A DNA stretch of 57,774 bases from Ferruginibacter sp. (GTDB lineage: Bacteria; Bacteroidota; Bacteroidia; Chitinophagales; Chitinophagaceae): NCBI GenBank assembly GCA_031422055.1, contig JANOPU010000073.1, positions 1-57,774 on the forward strand, read 5' to 3'. How positions within the stretch are numbered: position 1 is the stretch's first letter; each line of letters starts with the position of its first letter. Below the pieces are notes generated by a model. The model was given only the letters and a program-made list of their open reading frames with translations, searched no databases and was not told the DNA's origin. Positions 40,867 through 50,572 of this stretch are shown piece after piece. Position numbers and translations under genes: made by a program.

Positions 40867-41099
40867 TTTATAATTAAAAGAAAATGATTAAGCCTCCGAT
40901 TATACCGAATATAAACAGTATTTAGTCCAAAGCAACTTTAGTTCGGTATAATGCCATCTAAGATTTCCACATAGTCCTTTGGACTACTTAATAAATCAAG
41001 ATGGTATTACACTTATAATTTACAACAAATAATAAGATTTATCTATTGTAGAGGGTGTTTTTTTTAATAAAGGTAATTTAATTAAAATCCGATAAGGAC

Positions 41100-41729
41100 T
41101 TATGAAAATGAAGACAACAGTTTTATTTCATTTCGGTATAAAATAACCTTCTTACTGTTCTCCAATTGTTTCAATAATCTGGATATCACCACCCTTGAAG
41201 TAGCTAATTCATCTGCAATAAGATGATGAGATGCTTTTATTACACTGGAGCCTGAAAGCCGCTGTTTTTCCTTTAAATAATCGATCAACCTTTCATCTAA
41301 TTTATGAAAAGCAATACTTTCTATGGATCTTAATAATTCAATAAAACGTTCATTGAAGCTACGCATGATGTAATTTTTCCAGCTGGGGTATTTGCAAAGC
41401 CATTCATCTAACTTAATATGTGGTATAGCTATTAATTCCACATTATCCTCTGCAATAGCTTTCACTTCACTTTTTTTGGCCTCAATGCAACAGCTATAAG
41501 CCATGGAACAGCTTTCACTGCTGGATAAATAATAAAGCAGGATCTCGTTTCCGTTTTCATCCAGGCGTAACACTTTTACTGTTCCTTTCAATATGATGGG
41601 CATCATGCGGATATACTTTCCGTAATCCATGATCAGGTCTCCTTCATTAAATTGCTGCCGGGTACCAAACTGCTGAATCTCCTGTAATAATTTGGGTTCA
41701 AATATTTGCTGAAGGTTTTCTATATTCAT
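41100..41729 (-). CDS. Crp/Fnr family transcriptional regulator
   Basis: cNMP-like domain with ESCSMAYSCC; HTH IADELATSRVVISRLLK. Confidence 0.92.
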   Translation of the reverse strand: MNIENLQQIFEPKLLQEIQQFGTRQQFNEGDLIMDYGKYIRMMPIILKGTVKVLRLDENGNEILLYYLSSSESCSMAYSCCIEAKKSEVKAIAEDNVELIAIPHIKLDEWLCKYPSWKNYIMRSFNERFIELLRSIESIAFHKLDERLIDYLKEKQRLSGSSVIKASHHLIADELATSRVVISRLLKQLENSKKVILYRNEIKLLSSFS

Positions 41730-41996
41730 TTTACTATTTAAAAATAATAGTTTATACCAATGTGATTTTTAAAATATGCCAATATTTAAAAAATCTTACA
41801 GTGGTTTATGCCGACCTGTGCCGATTTTACGGTATGGTATCAAACAAATGGTACAATGAGGCGAAGCCGATATTGGACTATATTGTTTGTCTAATCGGTA
41901 TTAAAACAAAATTACACAGAAACATTTCTATAATATTAAACTCACATTTTTATTTAATCCGTTTCTCCATCTTTCATAATTTTATGAAATAAATAT

Positions 41997-43685
41997 TTAT
42001 CGAAACTGGTAATCGACCCCGGTTACTTGCGTAAGCAATGTTTGCGGAGCATCTAAAATATCAGCATTTAACGGAACCGTTGGTGTAACCGGTGAATTGG
42101 CTGCCAGGTAATCCTGCATAACTGAATGAAGTGTATGATGTGTATTTTTCGCATTCGATACATTTCTCATCCTGCAAAGCATATCTGAAGGATCGCCATC
42201 CCTCTCGCAGGCGCAGATTTTATATAATTTATCCGGGACAAGTATTTCATCCCTAACCGAAATATCTTTCACTCGTTTACCTTTCTCGCCAAAAGCATTA
42301 AAAGTTATTTTCATTCCTTTAAACTTGATGAGCCATCCACCAAAACGTTCAGATGCATTTTTTGCAAATACATTATGCAATTCACTTTCTAACCATTCTT
42401 TGATCTGTTTTCCAGTAACAGTTCCTACTCTTACCGTACTATCCACCGGGAACATATCATAAATATATCCATCAGTTATGGGAATATTCCCGGTATGATC
42501 AGGAGTTACTCTGGGTGGACAAAAACGAAATCCATTTGACAACACAATATCCACTTCAGGCAGTTTCCATTTTATGGCATCCAGAATCATTGTATCTATG
42601 GGATTTTCTACCACAAAGTACCGATACAATGGTATAGTACTATATCCTGCTATAGAATAAATATTTTTTTCAAATGGCTTTTCATTTTCTTTTATTAAGG
42701 CTGTCATTTCCTTTGAAGGCTTATATTTAACTGCACTAACCTCCACCAATTCATATGTATCTTTTATCACTTGTCCATTTTGTATGGTAAGATCAAGTTT
42801 GCCAACAAATGAACCAAAGGCACCAGGTTCTACAACTTTACTGAATGTACATTGAATAGGTTTGCGAACTCTTTCATGTGTATCACCCCCAAGAATATAA
42901 TCAACTCCTTTGCATGCTTCCAAGTTTGCCAAATGAATTTGCTGCGATAAACCCAAATGAGCAACAATTAAAACATAAGCGCATTGCTCCTGATTGCGCA
43001 GCACATCAGCATAATGAGCAAGGTTTTCTTCAGGCTTTGTGTAAATGATCCCTTTGCTGTAATTAGGCGATTGTCTTAAAGGAACCAATGGATCTGTATA
43101 TCCTAAAAAACCAATTTTTACCCCTTTAATATTCCAGATATAATATGGGGGGAATATCAATTCTCCTTTTTTGTTATCACCCAGATCGTGATACATGTTT
43201 GCACAAACCTTTGGAGCGTTCAATGAGCCCAGTAATGTTTGCATGGCTTTTTTATAATAAATAACTTCCCAGTTTCCAGGGAGGTACAGGTCATAACCCA
43301 GTGCATTTAAAATGGGCACTATTGCTTTGCCTGTTGTTTTTACGGATAGTTCGCTGCCCTGAAACATATCACCGGTATCAATTAAAAAAGTATTTGTATT
43401 TTTTTTTCTTTCGTTTTCCAGATAAGTTGCTAAATGAGCATATCCGCCGGTTTTACGAAATACCGCTTTATCATTTTCCCAGAACAGTTCATCATGCGGA
43501 TGTACCTGACAGTGCACATCGGTAGTTTGTAAAATTGAAATGGTAAATGGTTTGCCATCAGAAGATATTATATCCTTATCATTATTTTCAATGGTTTCAG
43601 CAATAGAGCTTAAGGGTGCAGAAGCCAGTAATCCGGCTCCACCTAATGTACTTATCTTTTTTATAAAATCTCTTCTGTTGTTCAT
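41997..43685 (-). CDS. Tat-exported SoxB-like / 5'-nucleotidase-family dimetal hydrolase
   Basis: Tat motif NRRDFIKK; TDVH, DTGDMFQGS, PGNWE, GGDTHE and SNGFRF motifs; directly downstream of tsdA. Confidence 0.75.
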   Translation of the reverse strand: MNNRRDFIKKISTLGGAGLLASAPLSSIAETIENNDKDIISSDGKPFTISILQTTDVHCQVHPHDELFWENDKAVFRKTGGYAHLATYLENERKKNTNTFLIDTGDMFQGSELSVKTTGKAIVPILNALGYDLYLPGNWEVIYYKKAMQTLLGSLNAPKVCANMYHDLGDNKKGELIFPPYYIWNIKGVKIGFLGYTDPLVPLRQSPNYSKGIIYTKPEENLAHYADVLRNQEQCAYVLIVAHLGLSQQIHLANLEACKGVDYILGGDTHERVRKPIQCTFSKVVEPGAFGSFVGKLDLTIQNGQVIKDTYELVEVSAVKYKPSKEMTALIKENEKPFEKNIYSIAGYSTIPLYRYFVVENPIDTMILDAIKWKLPEVDIVLSNGFRFCPPRVTPDHTGNIPITDGYIYDMFPVDSTVRVGTVTGKQIKEWLESELHNVFAKNASERFGGWLIKFKGMKITFNAFGEKGKRVKDISVRDEILVPDKLYKICACERDGDPSDMLCRMRNVSNAKNTHHTLHSVMQDYLAANSPVTPTVPLNADILDAPQTLLTQVTGVDYQFR

Positions 43686-43716
43686 GTGGCTGGAATTAAT
43701 TTTTTTCAACTGATAC

Positions 43717-44790
43717 TTATTTTTGTTTTACCGTATCTTCTTTTTTCTTTTGTGCCTCAACGATTGGAATAAATGGCCCGTACTTATGTTGTTTTTCAGA
43801 AAAATTATCAGCATATGGACCAAAAGGATGGTCAACAGGTTTTTTTGATTTGTCGGGCCAGTCTTTTGGTGTATTGATGTGCGGCCTGTTTTGTTTGATA
43901 ACAAAAGCCGCAACATCCCATGCTTCCTCATCAGTTAACTGTGGGTTTTCATGGGTTACACCCTGCGGCATGTTATACTTAACATATTTTGCAAAGTTGC
44001 TGATCCTGTATAATCCGGCTCCATCATTAAAACTATTGTTTCCCCATAAAGCAGGAAAAGTATATTCTGTTTTATCCGCATTAAATGACCCTTCACCATT
44101 TAGCTGGTGGCAGCTCTGGCATTTTGCTGTATAAACTATCATTCCTTTTTCCGGGTCGGCAGCACGATCAAGAAAAGCAAGGTCTTTAAAACCCGAACCT
44201 GCTGCTTTTTTACCTTTTTCAACATTGGATCCAATATATTGTATATAGGAAACAATGGCAAACATCTCTTTGCCTGTAATATCTAATGCTTTACCATTCA
44301 GGCTTCGTTCAAAACAATCATTTACTCTTTTATAAATATTTTCTAACGATCCGCTTCTTGCCCTGAATTTCGGATAGAGGGATGCAACCGAACCATAGTT
44401 ATTTCCAAAAACGGTTGTGCCTGCCTGTAAGTGGCAATTCTGACAATTTAGCCCATTACTCAATTTTATCACAGTGCCGTTGGGTCCAAGGTATTTCGAT
44501 GTATGCACTATTAATTCTTTTCCATATTCCACCTGTTTCTTTTGCAAAGGATCAGTTATTGAAGCAATTTCAGGTGCTACCCACCAGGCAGCAGTATCCT
44601 TTTTTGCAACTTCATTTACCTTATCATTAGCAGGTATTTTTTCCAAAAGTTTTTCAGGTTGTTTTACATAGTACAAAATAAAAGGTACAGATACCAGCCC
44701 TATCACCAAAATCATAACTACAACCAAAAGTTTATTGATAATAGAAACAAGTCCCTGTGATATGTTATTTTCAACCTCTTCGTTTGGCAT
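43717..44790 (-). CDS. tsdA: Diheme thiosulfate dehydrogenase (TsdA) with N-terminal membrane anchor
   Basis: CQNCH and CQSCH heme motifs, active-site RVNDCFERSLNG, PALWG..SFNDGAG, NMP. Confidence 0.87.
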   Translation of the reverse strand: MPNEEVENNISQGLVSIINKLLVVVMILVIGLVSVPFILYYVKQPEKLLEKIPANDKVNEVAKKDTAAWWVAPEIASITDPLQKKQVEYGKELIVHTSKYLGPNGTVIKLSNGLNCQNCHLQAGTTVFGNNYGSVASLYPKFRARSGSLENIYKRVNDCFERSLNGKALDITGKEMFAIVSYIQYIGSNVEKGKKAAGSGFKDLAFLDRAADPEKGMIVYTAKCQSCHQLNGEGSFNADKTEYTFPALWGNNSFNDGAGLYRISNFAKYVKYNMPQGVTHENPQLTDEEAWDVAAFVIKQNRPHINTPKDWPDKSKKPVDHPFGPYADNFSEKQHKYGPFIPIVEAQKKKEDTVKQK

Positions 44791-44809
44791 AAAAGGATTC
44801 TGTAAAAAA

Positions 44810-45223
44810 TTAATGAGGTAACTTATCTTTTAATAATCCGTATAAATAGGTTCCAACAATTGCAAAAAGAAATACAATGGTCATTGACAAAAAACCATAC
44901 CCAATATTTACCACCATTGGCCCCGGGCAGGCACCACTCAGCGCCCATCCCAAACCAAAAATGGTACCACCTAAAATATACCGGATGAAAGATTTTTCTT
45001 TAGGATAAAATGTAATCGGGTTACCATGAAAATCCCTGATATTAAATTTCTTAATCAATGCAACTCCCAGAACACCCAATGTAACTGCAGTACCTATGAT
45101 ACCGTACATATGAAAAGCCTGGAAACGAAACATTTCCTGTATCCTGAACCATGAAATGGCTTCTGATTTTGCCATAACAATTCCGAAGACAATACCCAGT
45201 AAAAGGAATTTTATAAATTTCAT
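44810..45223 (-). CDS. YeeE/YedE family sulfur-compound transporter half (PmpA/B-like)
   Basis: GG.IFGLGWALSGACPGP motif, about 4 TM helices. Confidence 0.88.
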   Translation of the reverse strand: MKFIKFLLLGIVFGIVMAKSEAISWFRIQEMFRFQAFHMYGIIGTAVTLGVLGVALIKKFNIRDFHGNPITFYPKEKSFIRYILGGTIFGLGWALSGACPGPMVVNIGYGFLSMTIVFLFAIVGTYLYGLLKDKLPH

Positions 45224-45227
45224 TTGA

Positions 45228-45785
45228 TTAAAAAATTAAAGGAAGAATTAAAAAAGTCATAATTAAACCGCCAACAAAAAAACCGATCACTGCAATCAGG
45301 GAAGGCAATTGCAGGTCCGACAATCCGCTTATGGCATGGCCGGATGTGCAACCACCGGCATAACGGGAACCAAATCCAACCATAAGGCCACCAAATGCCA
45401 ATACCAAAAATCCTTTTATGGAAAGAACTGAATCCAAACTAAAAAGCTCAGCCGGTTGCAATGACGAAGGTGCTGCAATACCTAATTTAGACAGATCATT
45501 GATGGTTGCTGTTGAAATTTCAACAGGAATATCTGTTGATAAAAACTGTTTTGCAATAAACCCACCAACAATGGCGCCCACTAAAAAAACAAGATTCCAA
45601 AGCTGGGATTTCCATTTAAAATCAAAAAAAATAGTCTTTTTACCTAATCCGGCCGCAGCACAGATGGTTTTCAAATTGGAAGAAAAACCAAAAGACTGAC
45701 CGAAGTACAAAAGGAAAAACATGATAGCTGCTATCATCGTACCCGAAAACCACCACGACCATGTTTGTGTTATTAATTCTCTCAT
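45228..45785 (-). CDS. YeeE/YedE family sulfur-compound transporter half (PmpA/B-like)
   Basis: GG.MVGFGSRYAGGCTSGHAISG motif. Confidence 0.9.
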   Translation of the reverse strand: MRELITQTWSWWFSGTMIAAIMFFLLYFGQSFGFSSNLKTICAAAGLGKKTIFFDFKWKSQLWNLVFLVGAIVGGFIAKQFLSTDIPVEISTATINDLSKLGIAAPSSLQPAELFSLDSVLSIKGFLVLAFGGLMVGFGSRYAGGCTSGHAISGLSDLQLPSLIAVIGFFVGGLIMTFLILPLIF

Positions 45786-45795
45786 GAAATTTAAA

Positions 45796-46632
45796 TTATT
45801 TATTTAATTGAAATGAAATAATTGGTTTGAATAAATGATTGATGAGCTTTTCAGTTGCACTCTGATGAAAAATCCCACCTTTACCATGTGTACCGATACA
45901 AATTATATCCATATTGATCATTTGGTTAAAACGAATAACACCGTTCTCTACATCTTAATCATTTATTAAATGACATTCATAATTAGTAATATTATTCAAT
46001 GAGGAAAAATTTTTCATATTTGCTTCCACAGATATTTTTTCTATATCAACATTTCCGGAAGTGATCTGAAGCAGATGAAGTTTAGTATCAAAAGCATTTA
46101 TTAGTTTATACATCAAACTTAAATTTTCAGGTACAGGGTCACTGAAATTGTGCACTAATAGAATATTCTTAATTACAAGATCTGAACGGTCGCACATCAA
46201 TGATAACATGGGTATTCTTGATTTACGAGCTATTATTTGTGTTTCAGATCCTGATAGTTTTTCTTTAATACCCCACGCCCCTTTAGTGCCCATTACAATA
46301 ATATCAAACTGATGCTGTTCAGAGAAATTCAAAATAGCATCCGTTACTTTTCCCAAAACCAGATTGGTATGAATTTGATTACCATACAATGTTTTAAGAT
46401 TTGCTAATTTTCTTTCAGCGATCTCTTTTTGCTTGATCACAAAATTCACATCAATTTCTCCGCAGGTTTGAATGCTGCCGGTTGCATCCATTGTAACAGT
46501 ATCCGGTACGGTAAGTACATGTAAAAAATGAATATCAATGGCTGCTTTCTCTTCTAATTTTTTAACCATCAGGTAGGCAAATTCAGCCTGAACCGAAAAG
46601 TCTGTTGGGATCAATATTTTTAAACTACCCAT
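45796..46632 (-). pseudogene. Tandem-domain universal stress protein with an in-frame nonsense codon
   Basis: KILIPTDFS and IVMGTKG...GS. TAA at 45955-45957; the same frame continues 52 codons (DVENGVIRF...DIICIGTHGKGGIFHQSATEKLINHLFKPIISF) to a stop at 45796. Confidence 0.8.
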
Positions 46633-46652
46633 CTTTATTAAATATTTGCAGG

Positions 46653-47990
46653 TTAATTATTTGCCGTTCTTTTCAGATACACTTTGATAATTTTATTACT
46701 AGCTTTACTTTCTTTACCGGTATTATCCCAAAATATATTTTTATTACTGCTGTTGATTCCGCCTACAATATATCCAATGAGTATTTCATTTTTTTTAATA
46801 GCATTCAGATCAGCTATGCCTTCTTTATACATGTTAGCATCCGGCATAAAAATAAATTCAGCAGCAGCGCCTAAATATCCGGGCATTTGTATGGGCATAT
46901 AAGTTTCTTCAACCTTATCATTATTACGAGTAATTACGCTAATCGTTTTTGTAAAAGGAACATTCGTATTATTCACTATTTTACCGGTATTGCCGGGATA
47001 GTATTGTGCAATGCCGCCAAAAAAAACAGAATACATACTTGTTGTTGCTTTATCAAACATAGGTAATACCGCACTATGATAATGACTGAATTTTTGTTTA
47101 AACCTTTTATTCACTTTATAGGTTCCTCCAACAATATCAACGAAGTTAGTGAATGGCAGGTCTTCTTTATATTGAAATACACCGGAATACATAGTGTAAC
47201 CCAATTGATCATTTACAAAAACCTGCGGCACTAAATTATAATCCCGGCGATGGAGGTTGATGCTATCCTTTATTGCTGAGTAATTATTTATTACCGGGAA
47301 TTCATTTTCGTTGCCTAATAAAAATTTTCTGATCTCATTGGTATATTCCTGTGTAAAGCCGGGACCGTGATCCGGCCCCATTGGATTGTACACTCCGTCA
47401 AACTTTTGTCCACCGGCTAAAATAAATGTATCTCCTATCATACCAAGCCTGCCACCTGTTACCGCCATTCGTTCATCCCGAATCTGTACAATTGAATTAT
47501 TTACATCGTTTTTATTCATTATTGCATTGATCAATTCATCGACTTTAATTACTGTTAAATAAGGAAATGTTGTATGGTCATCAATAGTTTTGCTATATCC
47601 ATACCCTCCGGTTAACACAAGCCTGTTACCGGTCTGGTAAAACTCCAGATTGGTACTTTTTAATTGTTCTTTGATAGAAACAGGAAAATTTTCTACCGAT
47701 TGCTTCCATACTTTTTTTAAAACCGGATCAACTACGTAGATATATTTGTTTTGCCCTGCTTCATCAAAAGCTGCCCAAGGCTGTCTTCGGTGAAGGCCAT
47801 CTTTTCTACCGGCAACCAACAACCATTTTCCCTGCCAGGTTGCATAAGCAAAAGATTGCAAGGCAGGCAGGTTGGTTATTTCAACTTGCTCCAGACGTAT
47901 TGAAAAAGGTATTTTTTTTTCAGCCGTTTGTGCATCAGCGATTATTACTGTTAAATTGAAAACCAATACTAGTAAAAAATACTTTTTCAT
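46653..47990 (-). CDS. Uncharacterised exported protein (possible Kelch-like beta-propeller)
   Basis: Signal peptide; repeated hydrophobic-GG strands (LLVAG, VLTGGY, ILAGGQ, FFGGI, IVGGI); inside the sulfur operon. Confidence 0.75.
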   Translation of the reverse strand: MKKYFLLVLVFNLTVIIADAQTAEKKIPFSIRLEQVEITNLPALQSFAYATWQGKWLLVAGRKDGLHRRQPWAAFDEAGQNKYIYVVDPVLKKVWKQSVENFPVSIKEQLKSTNLEFYQTGNRLVLTGGYGYSKTIDDHTTFPYLTVIKVDELINAIMNKNDVNNSIVQIRDERMAVTGGRLGMIGDTFILAGGQKFDGVYNPMGPDHGPGFTQEYTNEIRKFLLGNENEFPVINNYSAIKDSINLHRRDYNLVPQVFVNDQLGYTMYSGVFQYKEDLPFTNFVDIVGGTYKVNKRFKQKFSHYHSAVLPMFDKATTSMYSVFFGGIAQYYPGNTGKIVNNTNVPFTKTISVITRNNDKVEETYMPIQMPGYLGAAAEFIFMPDANMYKEGIADLNAIKKNEILIGYIVGGINSSNKNIFWDNTGKESKASNKIIKVYLKRTANN

Positions 47991-48080
47991 CGGGCAAGCG
48001 TTTATTTTAATGGCTGATTGATTTTGATTTTTTTCCTGTTATTTAAAATTAAAAGCAATCTTTCGCCTGCATTTACTTAA

Positions 48081-49496
48081 TTATACTTTCATCACTTTAC
48101 TCTGACAAACAAAATTAGTCCTTGGTACTTTAGTATTACTTATTGCTTTAAATCCCCCTTCCACTTCAGTAAAATTTCTGTACCCTCTAGACTGTAATAT
48201 AGAAGCTGCGATCATGCTTCTGTAACCTCCTGCGCAATGGATAAAAAAATGTTCTTTGGGATTGATGTCTTTTATCCATTCATTAATATTAGCCAATGGT
48301 CTGTTATAAGCATCTTCAATGTGTTCAGCTGTATATTCTATTTCCTTACGAATATCTAAAATTTTGTCCTTCCTAATTTCCACTTCACCTGCAAATTGTT
48401 CTGCTGTGATCCTGTCTATCACATCAACTTCTTTACCGGCAGTCAGCCATGAATTAAAACCGCCTTTTAAATGTCCCAATAAATTATCGAAACCAACGCG
48501 ACTCAATCTTGTTACAGATTCTTCTTCCTTACCTTCATCTGTAACCAGCAACAATGGTTGTTTCACATCTACGATCAAAGCGCCAACCCAGGGTGCAAAA
48601 TCTCCATCCAAACCAATGCTTACTGATTGTGGTATAAACCCTTTGTAGAAATCTGTATTGGTCCTTGTATCTAATATTAAAGCATCCGTATTTTCTGCTG
48701 CTGCTTCAAATTCATCCGGAGTTAAAGCTCTCATGCCATTGTTTAAAACGGTATCAAAACTTTCAATTCCTTTTTTATTCATTGCCACGTTCAATCCAAA
48801 ATATGCCGGTGGCGGAAGTAATCCTTCTGTTACTGCTTTTACAAAAGATGTTTTGTCGGGTTGGTTTAATGCATAATTCATTCTCTTTTGATTACCCAGC
48901 GTATCAACAGTTTCTTTCATCATGTTTTTACCGCAGGCACTTCCGGCACCATGGGCGGGATAAACAATAACATCATCTGCCAGAGGCATGATCTTATTCA
49001 TTAAACTATCGTATAACAAACCGGCTAACGCTTCCTGTGTTATGTGAGCGGCTTTTTGTGCCAGGTCAGGACGGCCAACATCTCCCAAAAACAAGGTGTC
49101 GCCACTGAAGATGCAATGATCTTTTCCGGTTTCATCCTTTAACAGGTAAGTAGTACTTTCCATGGTATGGCCGGGTGTGTGCAGTACTTTGATTGTAATA
49201 TCACCAATTTTAAATTCTTCTCCGTCTTTTGCAGAAATAAAAGTGAACTCAGGTTTTGCATTGGGGCCATAAACAATTGCAGCACTGGTTTTCTTTGAAA
49301 GGTCTAAATGGCCGGATACAAAATCAGCATGAAAATGGGTTTCGAAAATGTATGTTAGTTTCACCCCGTCTTTTTGCAAACGATCTAAATATGGCTGTGT
49401 TTCACGAAGCGGGTCAATGATAGCAGCTTCCCCATTACTGGTAATGTAATATGCACCTTGTGCAAGGCAACCGGTATAAATTTGTTCAATGTTCAT
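48081..49496 (-). CDS. MBL-fold persulfide dioxygenase fused to two rhodanese domains (CstB-like)
   Basis: ETHFHADFVSGH, HTPGHT, GDTLF.GDVGRPDL, HGAGSACGK, C-terminal active rhodanese CAGGYRS. Confidence 0.88.
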   Translation of the reverse strand: MNIEQIYTGCLAQGAYYITSNGEAAIIDPLRETQPYLDRLQKDGVKLTYIFETHFHADFVSGHLDLSKKTSAAIVYGPNAKPEFTFISAKDGEEFKIGDITIKVLHTPGHTMESTTYLLKDETGKDHCIFSGDTLFLGDVGRPDLAQKAAHITQEALAGLLYDSLMNKIMPLADDVIVYPAHGAGSACGKNMMKETVDTLGNQKRMNYALNQPDKTSFVKAVTEGLLPPPAYFGLNVAMNKKGIESFDTVLNNGMRALTPDEFEAAAENTDALILDTRTNTDFYKGFIPQSVSIGLDGDFAPWVGALIVDVKQPLLLVTDEGKEEESVTRLSRVGFDNLLGHLKGGFNSWLTAGKEVDVIDRITAEQFAGEVEIRKDKILDIRKEIEYTAEHIEDAYNRPLANINEWIKDINPKEHFFIHCAGGYRSMIAASILQSRGYRNFTEVEGGFKAISNTKVPRTNFVCQSKVMKV

Positions 49497-49554
49497 GGTA
49501 TAATCTTTTTAATTATTTATTATGCAAAGTTGAGATATTGTTCAAACATGTTTG

Positions 49555-49568
49555 GTGACTTTTGTTGC
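49555..49568. promoter_or_regulatory. Candidate regulator box upstream of the PDO-rhodanese gene
   Basis: GTGAC-N4-GTTGC, starting 30 bp from the CAAA of the -7 element (49525). Confidence 0.5.
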
Positions 49569-49703
49569 TTTTGAGTATTTTATGAGATGACTATTTTAAT
49601 GTATTTCATCGCTTGTTAATACATTTATAACATCTGTTTTTTGAGAAAGGAGTAACATAAAACTCATTCATAATTATTCTATAAACAGGAATTGCAACTG
49701 TTA

Positions 49704-50519
49704 TTAATTCCCGCCGCCCGATGGGGAAAATACTTCTTTGACAATAATATAAATACCCATAACCAACACAAACCAGCCAAAAGCCTTTTTCAATTTTTCT
49801 CCGGGTATTTTTTTTGATAGCAGTATCCCAATAAAAATACCAACTACAGCAGAGGCTGTAAAACTTGCGAGTAATTTCCAATCGATGACCTCACTACCTT
49901 GAAGATCGCCAATAAACCCAATCAGTGATTTGGCAGCAATGATAAAGAGTGATGTGCCAACTGCCAGTTTCATTGGCATTCGAGCAAGCAATACCAAGGC
50001 AGGGATAATTAAGAATCCACCACCGGCTCCTACCAGGCCTGTAAGAATACCAACCAGAGCGCCTTCCAATAAGATCACCGGGTAGTTGTAGATCATAGGA
50101 GCTTTCTCATCAATCTCTTTTTTCTTTCCGGGCCTGATCATACTGACGGATGCGAGGATCATTACCACAGCAAAAAGTATCATCAATGCAATAGGTTTTG
50201 TAATGATAAAGCTGCCTATTGAAAAAAGTTCTTTAGGAATGATAGGCACCAGCCACATCCTGGTTGCATAAACAGCGGCAATGGATGGGATCCCGAAAAT
50301 TAAAACTGTTTTAAAATCCACCCGCTTTTGAATAGCGCTTTGTACGCCACCCACCAAAGCAGTAGAACCAACTATAAATAGAGAATAAGCTGTAGCCAAA
50401 ACAGGATTTATACCCATTACGTAAACTAAGATCGGAATCGTTAAAATAGAACCGCCGCTTCCGATAAGCCCCAGTGATACTCCAACCAGCGATGCTAAAA
50501 CATAACCTAATATTTCCAT
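49704..50519 (-). CDS. Sulfite exporter TauE/SafE family protein
   Basis: LGLIGSGGSILT.P, GLVGAGGGFLIIPAL and AVGTSL motifs. Confidence 0.92.
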   Translation of the reverse strand: MEILGYVLASLVGVSLGLIGSGGSILTIPILVYVMGINPVLATAYSLFIVGSTALVGGVQSAIQKRVDFKTVLIFGIPSIAAVYATRMWLVPIIPKELFSIGSFIITKPIALMILFAVVMILASVSMIRPGKKKEIDEKAPMIYNYPVILLEGALVGILTGLVGAGGGFLIIPALVLLARMPMKLAVGTSLFIIAAKSLIGFIGDLQGSEVIDWKLLASFTASAVVGIFIGILLSKKIPGEKLKKAFGWFVLVMGIYIIVKEVFSPSGGGN

Positions 50520-50572
50520 AATTACTTTTTTATAAAGAAATACAAAGATGTTATAAGAAAAGAATGATCCGT

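Noticed and set aside
40899-40952. 11-bp inverted repeat attataccgaa/ttcggtataat upstream of the CHASE kinase
   Set aside because: Real, but single, with a 32-nt spacer and no T tract; cannot tell operator from element scar
41762-41992. 76-aa ORF between crp and soxB-like
   Set aside because: GTG start, no motif, opposite strand to the cluster, and overlapping a probable repeat remnant and the crp promoter region
45955-45957. Programmed recoding of the USP stop codon (also the csbD TGA)
   Set aside because: TAA is not a Sec/Pyl codon, other genes use standard stops, and csbD has a second lesion
49704-49726. GC-rich tauE 3' end (cccgccgcccgatgggg) as another palindromic insert
   Set aside because: Not a dyad; explained by Pro-Ser-Gly-Gly-Gly codons
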